Shown piece by piece: positions 48,488-57,210 of a stretch of DNA of 64,000 bases (position 1 is its first letter; each line of letters opens with the position of its first letter). The notes under the pieces are model-generated. The model searched no databases. It had not been told where the DNA came from and was given only the letters and a program-made list of their open reading frames with translations. Location of the stretch: NCBI GenBank assembly GCA_963705705.1, contig CAVPKK010000007.1, forward strand, positions 96,001-160,000, given 5' to 3'. Both the position numbers and the translations under genes were made by a program. This DNA is from an uncultured bacterium. GTDB taxonomy: Bacteria; Babelota; Babeliae; Babelales; JABCYS01.

Positions 48488-50266
48488 CTAATTGTTTTGT
48501 TCCATATTTTGCAGATGCTGCAACAAACCTTGCTCGGCAGGTTCCGCCTCTGGTGCTATCTCGGCATTATTGAGGCGTTGGTGAAGCTCTTGCCCAATGA
48601 AATTCCGATCTTCAGTCAATGGTTCCATCGCCAAGATCTGACGTGCAAGATCAGCGGGTATTGTTGGTTCTGCATAACAAGAAACGATATTTGATAAATC
48701 TGATATTCCGCTCATGTGTTCATTCAGTTGATTAGCAACTAACTGGCTGGTTGCCTGCTGCGTGCGTACATATGCTTTGAGCCGGGCAAGCAATTTTGGG
48801 TTTCGGGTCGCATATGCGAGCATTCCCCTGCTTAATTGATATACAGTGGAATCAGGAGAAGAATTCATGGAAAGCAACTTTCCAAGTTTTTCGCCGTTAT
48901 TGAACACACGGCCCATGCCTTCAAAGATGGCTTGTGACCCCGGCGGTGTTGGAACAATAAATCGTTTATTTGCATAAAATTCAGCCATAATTTGCAAACC
49001 TTCGGAAGAAGCAAGTAACATTCCACTCATAAACGGATTCCGAATGTTATCTATTCTGGCGTATGTAGACTCAAATGGCTCTAGTGCTTTCATATAAGCA
49101 ACAAATAGCTGTTTGAGGATCGCAGGATAATTTTCATACTTCGGTACAAATGGCAAACCTAAATTCTTTAAAAGTAATTCGCCAGCTTTTTTTACGACAA
49201 CCGGTGCCTTACCTATATTATGACTTTGATTCAACGCAGTGAATGCATTTAATATAATGTGGCAGATTTGATCAATAGATTCTTCATTCTTATCCATTAA
49301 TCCTTCTAATAACGTATTTAATAATGTCTCGACCACATTCTCATGGCCAGCTAGCGCAGCCAAAGATAATGCAGTTTGGTTCAACACAAACGCTTCGCAT
49401 GAATAAGCGTGCGGAGTTTCAACAAGGAACGGCAAGAGTAAATGAGCATCTGACGATTCCCAAGTACGGGGAATACAATCTGCGTTCGCATCCTTGGTTA
49501 TATATGAAGCAAGTGCGCGCGCATTGATAGCAGCATTGTGGTTCACAACAGTTGAAAACAAAGATTTGGTGACTTCCACACCTTTCGGATCATGTGCAAC
49601 TAAAAATTTAACTAAGCCATTCGCGCCCAATACCGCAGCTCGCATGAGTGTATGTTTTAAGAATGTTGCTACGCAATCTTGTTTTTGCCAAAATGCTGGC
49701 AATGTTTTTTCGATTGCAAGAAATTCTTCTGCAGCTTCAGGTGGCATGCCTGGTAATCCCGCCAATGCTGTAATGTCATATGCAGGTGAGTCATTATAAT
49801 TTTCTATGCTAAGCAATAGGGCACTCTTTTTTTCAACTTCAGGCCGTTTTTCTTCCTTTGGCTCAATCGTTACTTGTTTAGCCGGTTCACTTGGTTGGTT
49901 TACAACCGGAGCGCCGATTGCATAACTTTCCGAACGCCCCTCGATACTTTTTTGCTCTGCAAAAACACTCGGGGTGAGCGGGGCTGAGGAAGTCGACTCA
50001 ACGCGCAATGGGCCTGCTTTCTTTTCTTCATGTTCATCTCTTGATGGCTGACGTGCTGTACGCAATGTAACAATTTCGGTCTGCAATTCTTCCCGTTGTT
50101 TGCGTTCGGCCGCCAATTGACCTTGCATCGCCATCATCTGGCGTTGCATTTCCATCATCTGTTGTTGCATGGCTGCTAACAAATCAGGCGTTGGCGGATT
50201 GTTATTTGCTAGTACGCACACGGGCATAAGCAATAAAGTAAGGAATAAGTGTTTAATTAATTTCAT
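48488..50266 (-). CDS. Exported ankyrin-like effector family, member 3
   Basis: Start MKLIKHLFLTLLL; same motifs as the paralogues. Confidence 0.85.
   Translation of the reverse strand: MKLIKHLFLTLLLMPVCVLANNNPPTPDLLAAMQQQMMEMQRQMMAMQGQLAAERKQREELQTEIVTLRTARQPSRDEHEEKKAGPLRVESTSSAPLTPSVFAEQKSIEGRSESYAIGAPVVNQPSEPAKQVTIEPKEEKRPEVEKKSALLLSIENYNDSPAYDITALAGLPGMPPEAAEEFLAIEKTLPAFWQKQDCVATFLKHTLMRAAVLGANGLVKFLVAHDPKGVEVTKSLFSTVVNHNAAINARALASYITKDANADCIPRTWESSDAHLLLPFLVETPHAYSCEAFVLNQTALSLAALAGHENVVETLLNTLLEGLMDKNEESIDQICHIILNAFTALNQSHNIGKAPVVVKKAGELLLKNLGLPFVPKYENYPAILKQLFVAYMKALEPFESTYARIDNIRNPFMSGMLLASSEGLQIMAEFYANKRFIVPTPPGSQAIFEGMGRVFNNGEKLGKLLSMNSSPDSTVYQLSRGMLAYATRNPKLLARLKAYVRTQQATSQLVANQLNEHMSGISDLSNIVSCYAEPTIPADLARQILAMEPLTEDRNFIGQELHQRLNNAEIAPEAEPAEQGLLQHLQNMEQNN
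49937..49981 (-). repeat. Family A long-variant palindrome inside member 3, read as PLTPSVFAEQKSIEG
   Basis: ccgctcaccccgagtg-tttttgc-aga-gcaaaaa-agtatcgagggg matches intergenic 6597-6648. Confidence 0.8.
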
Positions 50267-50282
50267 GTTTTCCCCAGATGAA

Positions 50283-51605
50283 TTATATAACCGAGCGCAA
50301 GCGCTTAATTTCATTTTTGATATCGTTAATTATTGGTTGCGGTATATCGATTTAATCGGAAATTTCCAGAGCAATGGCAATACCCCCTGAGTTTGAGGGG
50401 ACCCATGTTCTTTCGCGGCCGAATACATCTTAAATAAATATTCATATCGAGATGTTTTTTTCAAACCCATCGCTAGTTTTGTGAGATTTATCAAGTTTAT
50501 CGCTCAGCTCTCCAGACTCATCAATTATTTCATGCACCTTCAAAAGCTTAGTTAGAATGGATCGATAATTATTGTATTTTGGCTTTTCTAGGATGCCCAT
50601 AGCTGCAAAGAATTCATCCACTAGTGTTGTTTTAACAATATTGGAAAGTTTGATGAGCGTAACCATCGCATCTTTTACTTGCGCTAAGATCGTTTCAGGC
50701 TCAATACCTTCTTGTTCAGTGCCTGCAAGCATCGCCTTTAATAATACATCGACCGTTTCTTCATGACCGCCAATTGTTGCTAAGGTTAAAGCGCCTATTT
50801 GCCGGGTTAAGAGAGGAAAGTGATGGTGAGAACAAATTGTTTCCTCATTGAGCATTGATCTCAAGGAGCATTCTGGTAGGTGGTTTCTCATAGCTATTAC
50901 GGCTTCAGGTGAATTATGCGGTTCCCTGAGATTATTTATGCAATCCTGTATATCTTTCAATCGGACTCGAGCATCATTTTTCGCCATCCATGGGCAAATA
51001 TTTGTGGTAGCAAGATAGTCTGCATTTTTTTCCAGGCATAATTCAGTGAGCTTTTTACTGCCAGTTGCTGCGGCCTTCATCAATGGGGTCAAGCCCTCAT
51101 CATTACTAATTAGGTCCAGACCAGATGATCGTTGATCACGTGCATTAACATTGGCTTTATGTACATCTAATAGTCGGCGGCATCTGTCTGTATCACCGCA
51201 ATCAATTGATGCAAACAACGCTGCATCGGCATCCGTTTGATCAAGTTCAATTTCCCGTTCTTTCTTCTCTGCTAGTTGAATACCTTTGGATTTCGGAGAT
51301 TGGCTGGCCAGAGGTAAGCCAATGGAAAAACTCTCCGATGGTCGCGGATTGCTGCCTGGTTCTTCGTCTTGCTGATTCTTTTTTTCTTCATCCTCAGATT
51401 GAGCAGACGATTTAGGAATACGCGATGCATGCAGTGCAGCTATTTCCTTCAGTAACGCTTCCTCGCGTTGGCGATGCTCATTTTGCATGACCAACATTTG
51501 TTGCTGCATTGCTGATAACAAATCAGGCGTAGCATTATTATTAGTTGCTAGCGTCCATATGGGCGCAAGCAATAATGTAAGAAATAAGTGTTTAATTAAT
51601 TTCAT
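50283..51605 (-). pseudogene. Effector family member 4, frameshifted and internally deleted
   Basis: ORF stops at 50442 just after an A7 run; the shifted frame continues paralogue-like (KTSRY..MY.A..HGS); 50283-50340 encodes QPIINDIKNEIKRLRSVI*. Confidence 0.7.
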
Positions 51606-51621
51606 GTTTTTCCCAGGTGCT

Positions 51622-53973
51622 TTATATAACCGAGCGAAGACGCTCAATTTCCTTTTTGATATCGTTAACTATTGGCTGCAGCAAGATTGAAATTTCTGTC
51701 GGCCCGCCAAAGTATTGAATCTTGGTTTTTGGATTTATTTGTGCAAGCATCTCAAGGGACATTGCCAGAGTATCAGCAGTGTACGGTTGGGTAGTATGCA
51801 AAAGCAAAACCTGATAGATTTGATCTGATTGACGTCTTAACTTCAAATCCATGCAAGCATTTAATAGTTCTTTCAATCGCGCCATGATTGTTTCCTTTTG
51901 TAGCCAACAGGCAAAAATACGCTGAATAACTTCTGCCGGCAGCTGTCTGTGATGTGCGGATGCATAACCTCGTACGAGGTCCGACAACACAGGAGGTAAT
52001 TCGGGATTAATCATATGATCCATCTGCAACTTGATCGACTGCTGTTCGCGAATAAACTCTTTCAAGCGATTTAGAAATATTGGATTCAATTGCTGATTGT
52101 GCTCAGTAGTTGTAAGCATAAATTCTCTCAATTGAGCAATTAATGATCCAGGTGCAGCATCAACGGTAAATAAAACAGCTAACTTTTCGCCGCAGGTAGA
52201 GTGTTGAATAAGATCTAGCCACTGAATTGAAAGACTGCCTGATAAGTCCGCCAATGACTCAGCAATTACTTGGAGCATATCAGTTGTGCCATGCTTTATC
52301 GCATTTTCAAATGTTTTTGAGATTTTTTCGCGATAATAAGCACCATTGCCGATCTGCACCTTTATTTCATATATAATGCGCGCCGCCTCAATAAGATTGC
52401 ATACTATTGCTTTGTATTGATCATGCGTTGGTTTTTCTCGTATGCCCATCGCTTCCAATAAACCATCGGCAACATCTGTTGAAATAAGATCAGAATACAA
52501 TATAAGCTTATGGATAGCTTCGTAAATGCTATTAATGCAATTTTGTTGCTCTTCATCATTCTTATTTGCAAATCCATCGAGTAGAGCTTCGGTTAGGAGT
52601 GCCACTGTTTCTTGATGTCCGCCAATCGCAGCGAGAGAAAGTGCATCAAGATCGCTTATTAGTTCGCCATGTCTAATCTCGCGGTTTTTACCAAGGACGG
52701 TATCACTGAGGATTGCAGTACCATCCTCACTAATACTCGATTCATACACGCGCGTGACCATTCTATGAAGCCATCGAGCCCCATTAGAGATTCCTACATT
52801 CCAATACGTTGACGGTACATTAATCGCATCTTTAAATAAGAGGCTCATAAGCTGCTTTATATTAATTTTAATTGTGCGATCTACCATCCAGGGGCAAAGT
52901 GCTACCTTTGCATAAAGATCAGCTTTTTTTGCGATGCAAAGTTCTACGCCCGCTGTATGGTTGGCAGCAGCAAATCGCATAAGTGGAGTAAATCCATTAT
53001 GAGAATTTGCAAACCAATCGAAAATGAATAGAAAAAGTTCACGAAGGGTTTGCCATTCGTGCGAATTCAAACTATCTACAGCTACGTCTAACCTTGACGC
53101 AATGGGTATAGCACCAGTTATTAAGCCTGGACGAACCTTTTTGAAAATCGCCAATGTCTTATTAAATAGTTGCATCAATGATTTAGGATTTATCAGAGTT
53201 AACCTTCTTCGATCTCGTTTATTGATGCTATCTGGATGCTGCTGAAAAAATTGGGCTATATCTTGAATATCTTGCGAATCTACGGCGTTAAATAAGGGAT
53301 CGCTGCTTATTGAATCATCAATTACATCCAGCAAGCGATCTATTTCGCGACCAACTAGGGCCACGATCATCTGGCGGGTAACAGGTTGCTGCTGTTGCGC
53401 CAAAAACTCATCTGGTAATTCCCCAACAATTTTTTGAAGAAGTTCGGCAGCATTTGATCGCAAGCCTGCTAAATATGCGCGGAACTCTTCAGGTGAAAGC
53501 TTTTGAAGATCTACAAGCGATTGCGGCAAATTGTTTTTTTCTTGTTCTTTTGCTTCTTCTGGCTTTGGCTTTTTACGCTCAACCCGATCATCCTGAGCGT
53601 GTCGAAGGATTGCTTCTTCACATTCCTTTTGCTCTTCACGTTGCGTGGGTTTGGCTAAAGGTTTTTTTTCTTCAGTTATTTGAGCAGATTGCTTTCTCGG
53701 CTGTTCAGGTTCTTTGCGGTCTTCTCTCTCCCCTTCCTGCTTGCTGTCTGGAATTTTGCTCTTATTTTCCGGAACGGGCAGATGAGCAGCAGGATCACCG
53801 ATAGCATATGAAGTTGACGGGCGAGGAACGCTACTATCGTTAGCATTATTTGCCGCAACCCTTTGCGCCGCCAATTCGCGACGGATTTGTTGCAGTGTTT
53901 TTGCGGGTTTGCCAGATGGCATAAGGGCAGCTGGCGTAAGTAATAAAATTAGAGATAAACGATTTAGTAGCAT
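51622..53973 (-). CDS. Exported ankyrin-like effector family, member 5
   Basis: SYAIG, GFTPLMRFAAA, ALSLAAIGGH, GEKLAVL. Confidence 0.85.
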   Translation of the reverse strand: MLLNRLSLILLLTPAALMPSGKPAKTLQQIRRELAAQRVAANNANDSSVPRPSTSYAIGDPAAHLPVPENKSKIPDSKQEGEREDRKEPEQPRKQSAQITEEKKPLAKPTQREEQKECEEAILRHAQDDRVERKKPKPEEAKEQEKNNLPQSLVDLQKLSPEEFRAYLAGLRSNAAELLQKIVGELPDEFLAQQQQPVTRQMIVALVGREIDRLLDVIDDSISSDPLFNAVDSQDIQDIAQFFQQHPDSINKRDRRRLTLINPKSLMQLFNKTLAIFKKVRPGLITGAIPIASRLDVAVDSLNSHEWQTLRELFLFIFDWFANSHNGFTPLMRFAAANHTAGVELCIAKKADLYAKVALCPWMVDRTIKINIKQLMSLLFKDAINVPSTYWNVGISNGARWLHRMVTRVYESSISEDGTAILSDTVLGKNREIRHGELISDLDALSLAAIGGHQETVALLTEALLDGFANKNDEEQQNCINSIYEAIHKLILYSDLISTDVADGLLEAMGIREKPTHDQYKAIVCNLIEAARIIYEIKVQIGNGAYYREKISKTFENAIKHGTTDMLQVIAESLADLSGSLSIQWLDLIQHSTCGEKLAVLFTVDAAPGSLIAQLREFMLTTTEHNQQLNPIFLNRLKEFIREQQSIKLQMDHMINPELPPVLSDLVRGYASAHHRQLPAEVIQRIFACWLQKETIMARLKELLNACMDLKLRRQSDQIYQVLLLHTTQPYTADTLAMSLEMLAQINPKTKIQYFGGPTEISILLQPIVNDIKKEIERLRSVI
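53584..53610 (+). repeat. Family A palindrome core inside member 5 (antisense, read as ILRHAQDDR)
   Basis: ccgatcatcctgagcgtgtcgaaggat. Confidence 0.75.
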
Positions 53974-54006
53974 GATTAACCTTCCATTTGATTATCTAAT
54001 TAAAAT

Positions 54007-55956
54007 TTATTGATATTGCGCCAGTAGCTCACGTTGCCGTGCAATTTCTAATGTTATCCGCGCCCGATTTCGCGCAACTAGATCAGAGATAAAGGGCGAT
54101 AGATCTGTGGGCCTCATAGTTGCAAGCTGCTCCGCCGCAAGCGATAACACATCGATGGTAAATGGTTGCGTTCGCACAATATCAAAAGCTTGTTGCGCTT
54201 GAGATTGCACTATGGCGCCCGCTTCCTTTTTTGCCGCTCGGGTTAATAGTTGCAATTGATCAACAAGCAATTTCTTGCCCGCACACAGCGGCATAATGCG
54301 CTCTATAAATTCTTGTCTTGGTAATGGATAGCGTTCGGCATATTCGCCAACAACACGTGATAAAACAGGCAGTAGGTGGTTGGCAGAAAGATGATCCATA
54401 GCCTTGCTGAGCATATGTTGTTCGCGAATAAAGTTTTGCATACGCTCAATGAATATTGGATAGGTTGCCGGAACCCATTCGAGGTCCTGAAGAATTGGTC
54501 TACTATCTAAATAGACTCTTGATTCTGGAATGGCATCAATTGCTAGCAATAGCGCCAACTTTTCGCCATCGTAGGTTTGTTTATAGAAACCAGACAAAAC
54601 TCCCTGATTCCCTACCACGGGTATTCGCGCAAGGAGTTCGGCTATAGGTTGCAGAATCTCAAGAGAACCTAATTCTAAAGCATAGACATACATATTGCCT
54701 AAATTGGTTGTGCTATATCTCGATATCTTTGAATAATGATCGTAGTCTCGAGCTCGTTCAAGATCCCTGTCGGCACAAAGCGTCTGCAGAAGTATTTCAT
54801 CAGGATCCATGGCTTGATGTGCTTTCAAAAGCTTGATCATGATGGATGAATAGTTATGATATTTTGGCTTTTCGGGGATGCCCATGGCGACAAAGAATTC
54901 ATCAACAAGATTTGTTTTTACAATTTTCGAAATTTTAATAAGGGTAACAATCGCAACTTTTATGCGACCTAATATTAATTCAGGTCTCACACCTTCTTGT
55001 TTACACTTCTCGAGCATCGCTTCTAGTAACAGATCAACTGCTTCCTCATGCCCACCAACCGTTGCGAGCGTTAAAGCATCTAACTCGCGAGTAAATAACG
55101 GAAAGTGCTGGTCTTTACAAATGGCAAGCGTGCCGAGCATCGATCTCAATGTACATTCAGGGATATGAAATCGCATATGACAGTATGGCGTAGGAGCATC
55201 ACTCGGTTCTTTAAGGTTGTCTATGCAATCATGTATTTCTTTTAATCGAACTCGTGCCTCCTCTTTTGCCATCCAAGGGCAAAGATTGGTGGTAGCGAGA
55301 TAATCTGCGTCTTTCTCAAGGCATAGCGCAATTAAGGCTTTGCTACCGGCAGCCGATGCCTTCATTAAAGATGTTAATCCCTCATCATTACTAATTGGAT
55401 CCAGACCAGATGCTCGTTGATCTCGTGCATTAACATTGGCTTTATGCACATCAAATAGGCGACGGCATGAGTCTATATCTCCGCCATCTATGGCTTCGAA
55501 TAATGCTGCATTGGCACCTGCTTGATCAAGTTGAATCTCAGGTTCTTTCTTTTCTACTGACTGAGGCGCTTTTGGTTTCGGAGCTTGGCTGACCACAGGT
55601 ACGCCAATTGCAAAACTTTCCGACGGGTGCGGATTGCTGCTCGGTTCTTCGTCTTGTTCAACATTCAAGGTTGGTTTTGAAGCAGCTGGCATAGGAATAC
55701 CTTCGCTGTTCTTTTTTTCTTCAAGCTCGGATTGAGCAGAGGATCTTGATGGAATATGCGATGCGCGAAGCGCAGCTATTTCTTTCAGGAATGCTTCCTC
55801 GCGCTGACGTTGCTCATTTTGCATGGACAACATTTGTTGCTGCATTGCTAAGATCTGCTGTTGCATTGCTGCCAATAAATCTGGTGTTGGTGGGTTATTG
55901 CTTGCGAGTGCTAAAGCTGGGGCAAGTAATAGGATAAGTGATACTTTTTTCATCAT
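54007..55956 (-). CDS. Exported ankyrin-like effector family, member 6
   Basis: ANVNARD, GLTSLMKASAAG, ALTLATVGGH; close paralogue of member 4. Confidence 0.85.
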   Translation of the reverse strand: MMKKVSLILLLAPALALASNNPPTPDLLAAMQQQILAMQQQMLSMQNEQRQREEAFLKEIAALRASHIPSRSSAQSELEEKKNSEGIPMPAASKPTLNVEQDEEPSSNPHPSESFAIGVPVVSQAPKPKAPQSVEKKEPEIQLDQAGANAALFEAIDGGDIDSCRRLFDVHKANVNARDQRASGLDPISNDEGLTSLMKASAAGSKALIALCLEKDADYLATTNLCPWMAKEEARVRLKEIHDCIDNLKEPSDAPTPYCHMRFHIPECTLRSMLGTLAICKDQHFPLFTRELDALTLATVGGHEEAVDLLLEAMLEKCKQEGVRPELILGRIKVAIVTLIKISKIVKTNLVDEFFVAMGIPEKPKYHNYSSIMIKLLKAHQAMDPDEILLQTLCADRDLERARDYDHYSKISRYSTTNLGNMYVYALELGSLEILQPIAELLARIPVVGNQGVLSGFYKQTYDGEKLALLLAIDAIPESRVYLDSRPILQDLEWVPATYPIFIERMQNFIREQHMLSKAMDHLSANHLLPVLSRVVGEYAERYPLPRQEFIERIMPLCAGKKLLVDQLQLLTRAAKKEAGAIVQSQAQQAFDIVRTQPFTIDVLSLAAEQLATMRPTDLSPFISDLVARNRARITLEIARQRELLAQYQ

Positions 55957-55990
55957 GATTAACCTTCCATCTAGTTAGTAATATTTAAAT

Positions 55991-57193
55991 TTATTTTAAG
56001 CCGGCACATACATTCTTATGCTCTTTCCAATGTTGTATTTGGCATTCTTTCTTGCAATACCAAATTTTTTTACATTGCGTACAGAATGGCATATTTGGTT
56101 GGCTTTTGCCGCAATTACCACATGCAATGGCCATCGACTGCAAAGATGAAGAAGATTTCTCATCTTGCTTACGTTCTGGATTTGATGGCGGCTGTGCGCT
56201 TTGTTTTTTTACAAAATCATCAAAACCTTTTTTGACATCGATTCCGCAAAAAAATGGCAGCTCCAACAGATCATCAAAGGATTCATCGGATAGGAGTTTT
56301 TGAGCGACATTTTCAGTCATACTAGCAATTTTCTCCAATGAGTTGCGGCCATTCGAAAAGATTACTTTATAGCCGACCTTTTCCAAATGAGGAATGACAT
56401 GCATTATATGATTATGCCCAAAGTGCAGGAAAATATGCTGAGTATTTCTGTGATCCCAAAACAGATGCAGTAACTTTGCATTAAGCATACCTGAGCAGAT
56501 GCCACGGTCATAATTCCTTGCTTGGCGCCCTGCATGAAATTGTTGTTGTGCAATTTCGAGCATCCTTCGGCTGTATGTAACAAATTCTTCTGGCGCGGTC
56601 GATGCAGAAACTTGTTTTTCGATGGCTTTATGCGCAGTAAAAAAATCCTCTGCCAATTCTTTCCAATCATCATCGCTTACAATCGGCTTTCCGGTAAGCA
56701 AATATCTAAATTCAGCATTAACTACCGGCAATTTGCTTTGTTTAAAACGTTGTGTGACGCGCGGAAGCAGCGACCCTGGCAATGCCTTCTGTAAACCCTC
56801 GATTTGTTTTTTATCCGGCCCATCGTAGTTGTAGATATCTTCATTAATAAGCAGCACCTGATTTGCAGGCAGCGAACAAGCATATTCCCTCAGTATGTCT
56901 GCTTGTTCGACTGACTTATCAGCCATTTTATACTTTAACAGTGTATCGAGGATCAGCTTGCGGTTACTTACTTCATCGATATCAAACGGTGGAAATTCCG
57001 ACGATCTGCTAGTAAGCAAACGCAATGCATGATGGGAAGCATATTCAGCGTGACAATCTGATAAGCAATACACATAATGAGGTTTGCCGTTTTCACCTTT
57101 GTTTTCCAAAATCGTCATCTCCAGCAAAATCGCATTGCTATAGCTTGCTGAAATGAGTGTCAGTAAAAACAACAATTTTTTAATTTGTATCAT
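55991..57193 (-). CDS. Exported protein with C-terminal MYND zinc finger
   Basis: CGNC...CTQCKKIWYCKKECQIQHWKEHKNVC; signal peptide. Confidence 0.85.
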   Translation of the reverse strand: MIQIKKLLFLLTLISASYSNAILLEMTILENKGENGKPHYVYCLSDCHAEYASHHALRLLTSRSSEFPPFDIDEVSNRKLILDTLLKYKMADKSVEQADILREYACSLPANQVLLINEDIYNYDGPDKKQIEGLQKALPGSLLPRVTQRFKQSKLPVVNAEFRYLLTGKPIVSDDDWKELAEDFFTAHKAIEKQVSASTAPEEFVTYSRRMLEIAQQQFHAGRQARNYDRGICSGMLNAKLLHLFWDHRNTQHIFLHFGHNHIMHVIPHLEKVGYKVIFSNGRNSLEKIASMTENVAQKLLSDESFDDLLELPFFCGIDVKKGFDDFVKKQSAQPPSNPERKQDEKSSSSLQSMAIACGNCGKSQPNMPFCTQCKKIWYCKKECQIQHWKEHKNVCAGLK

Positions 57194-57210
57194 GAGTATC
57201 CTTAAATAGA

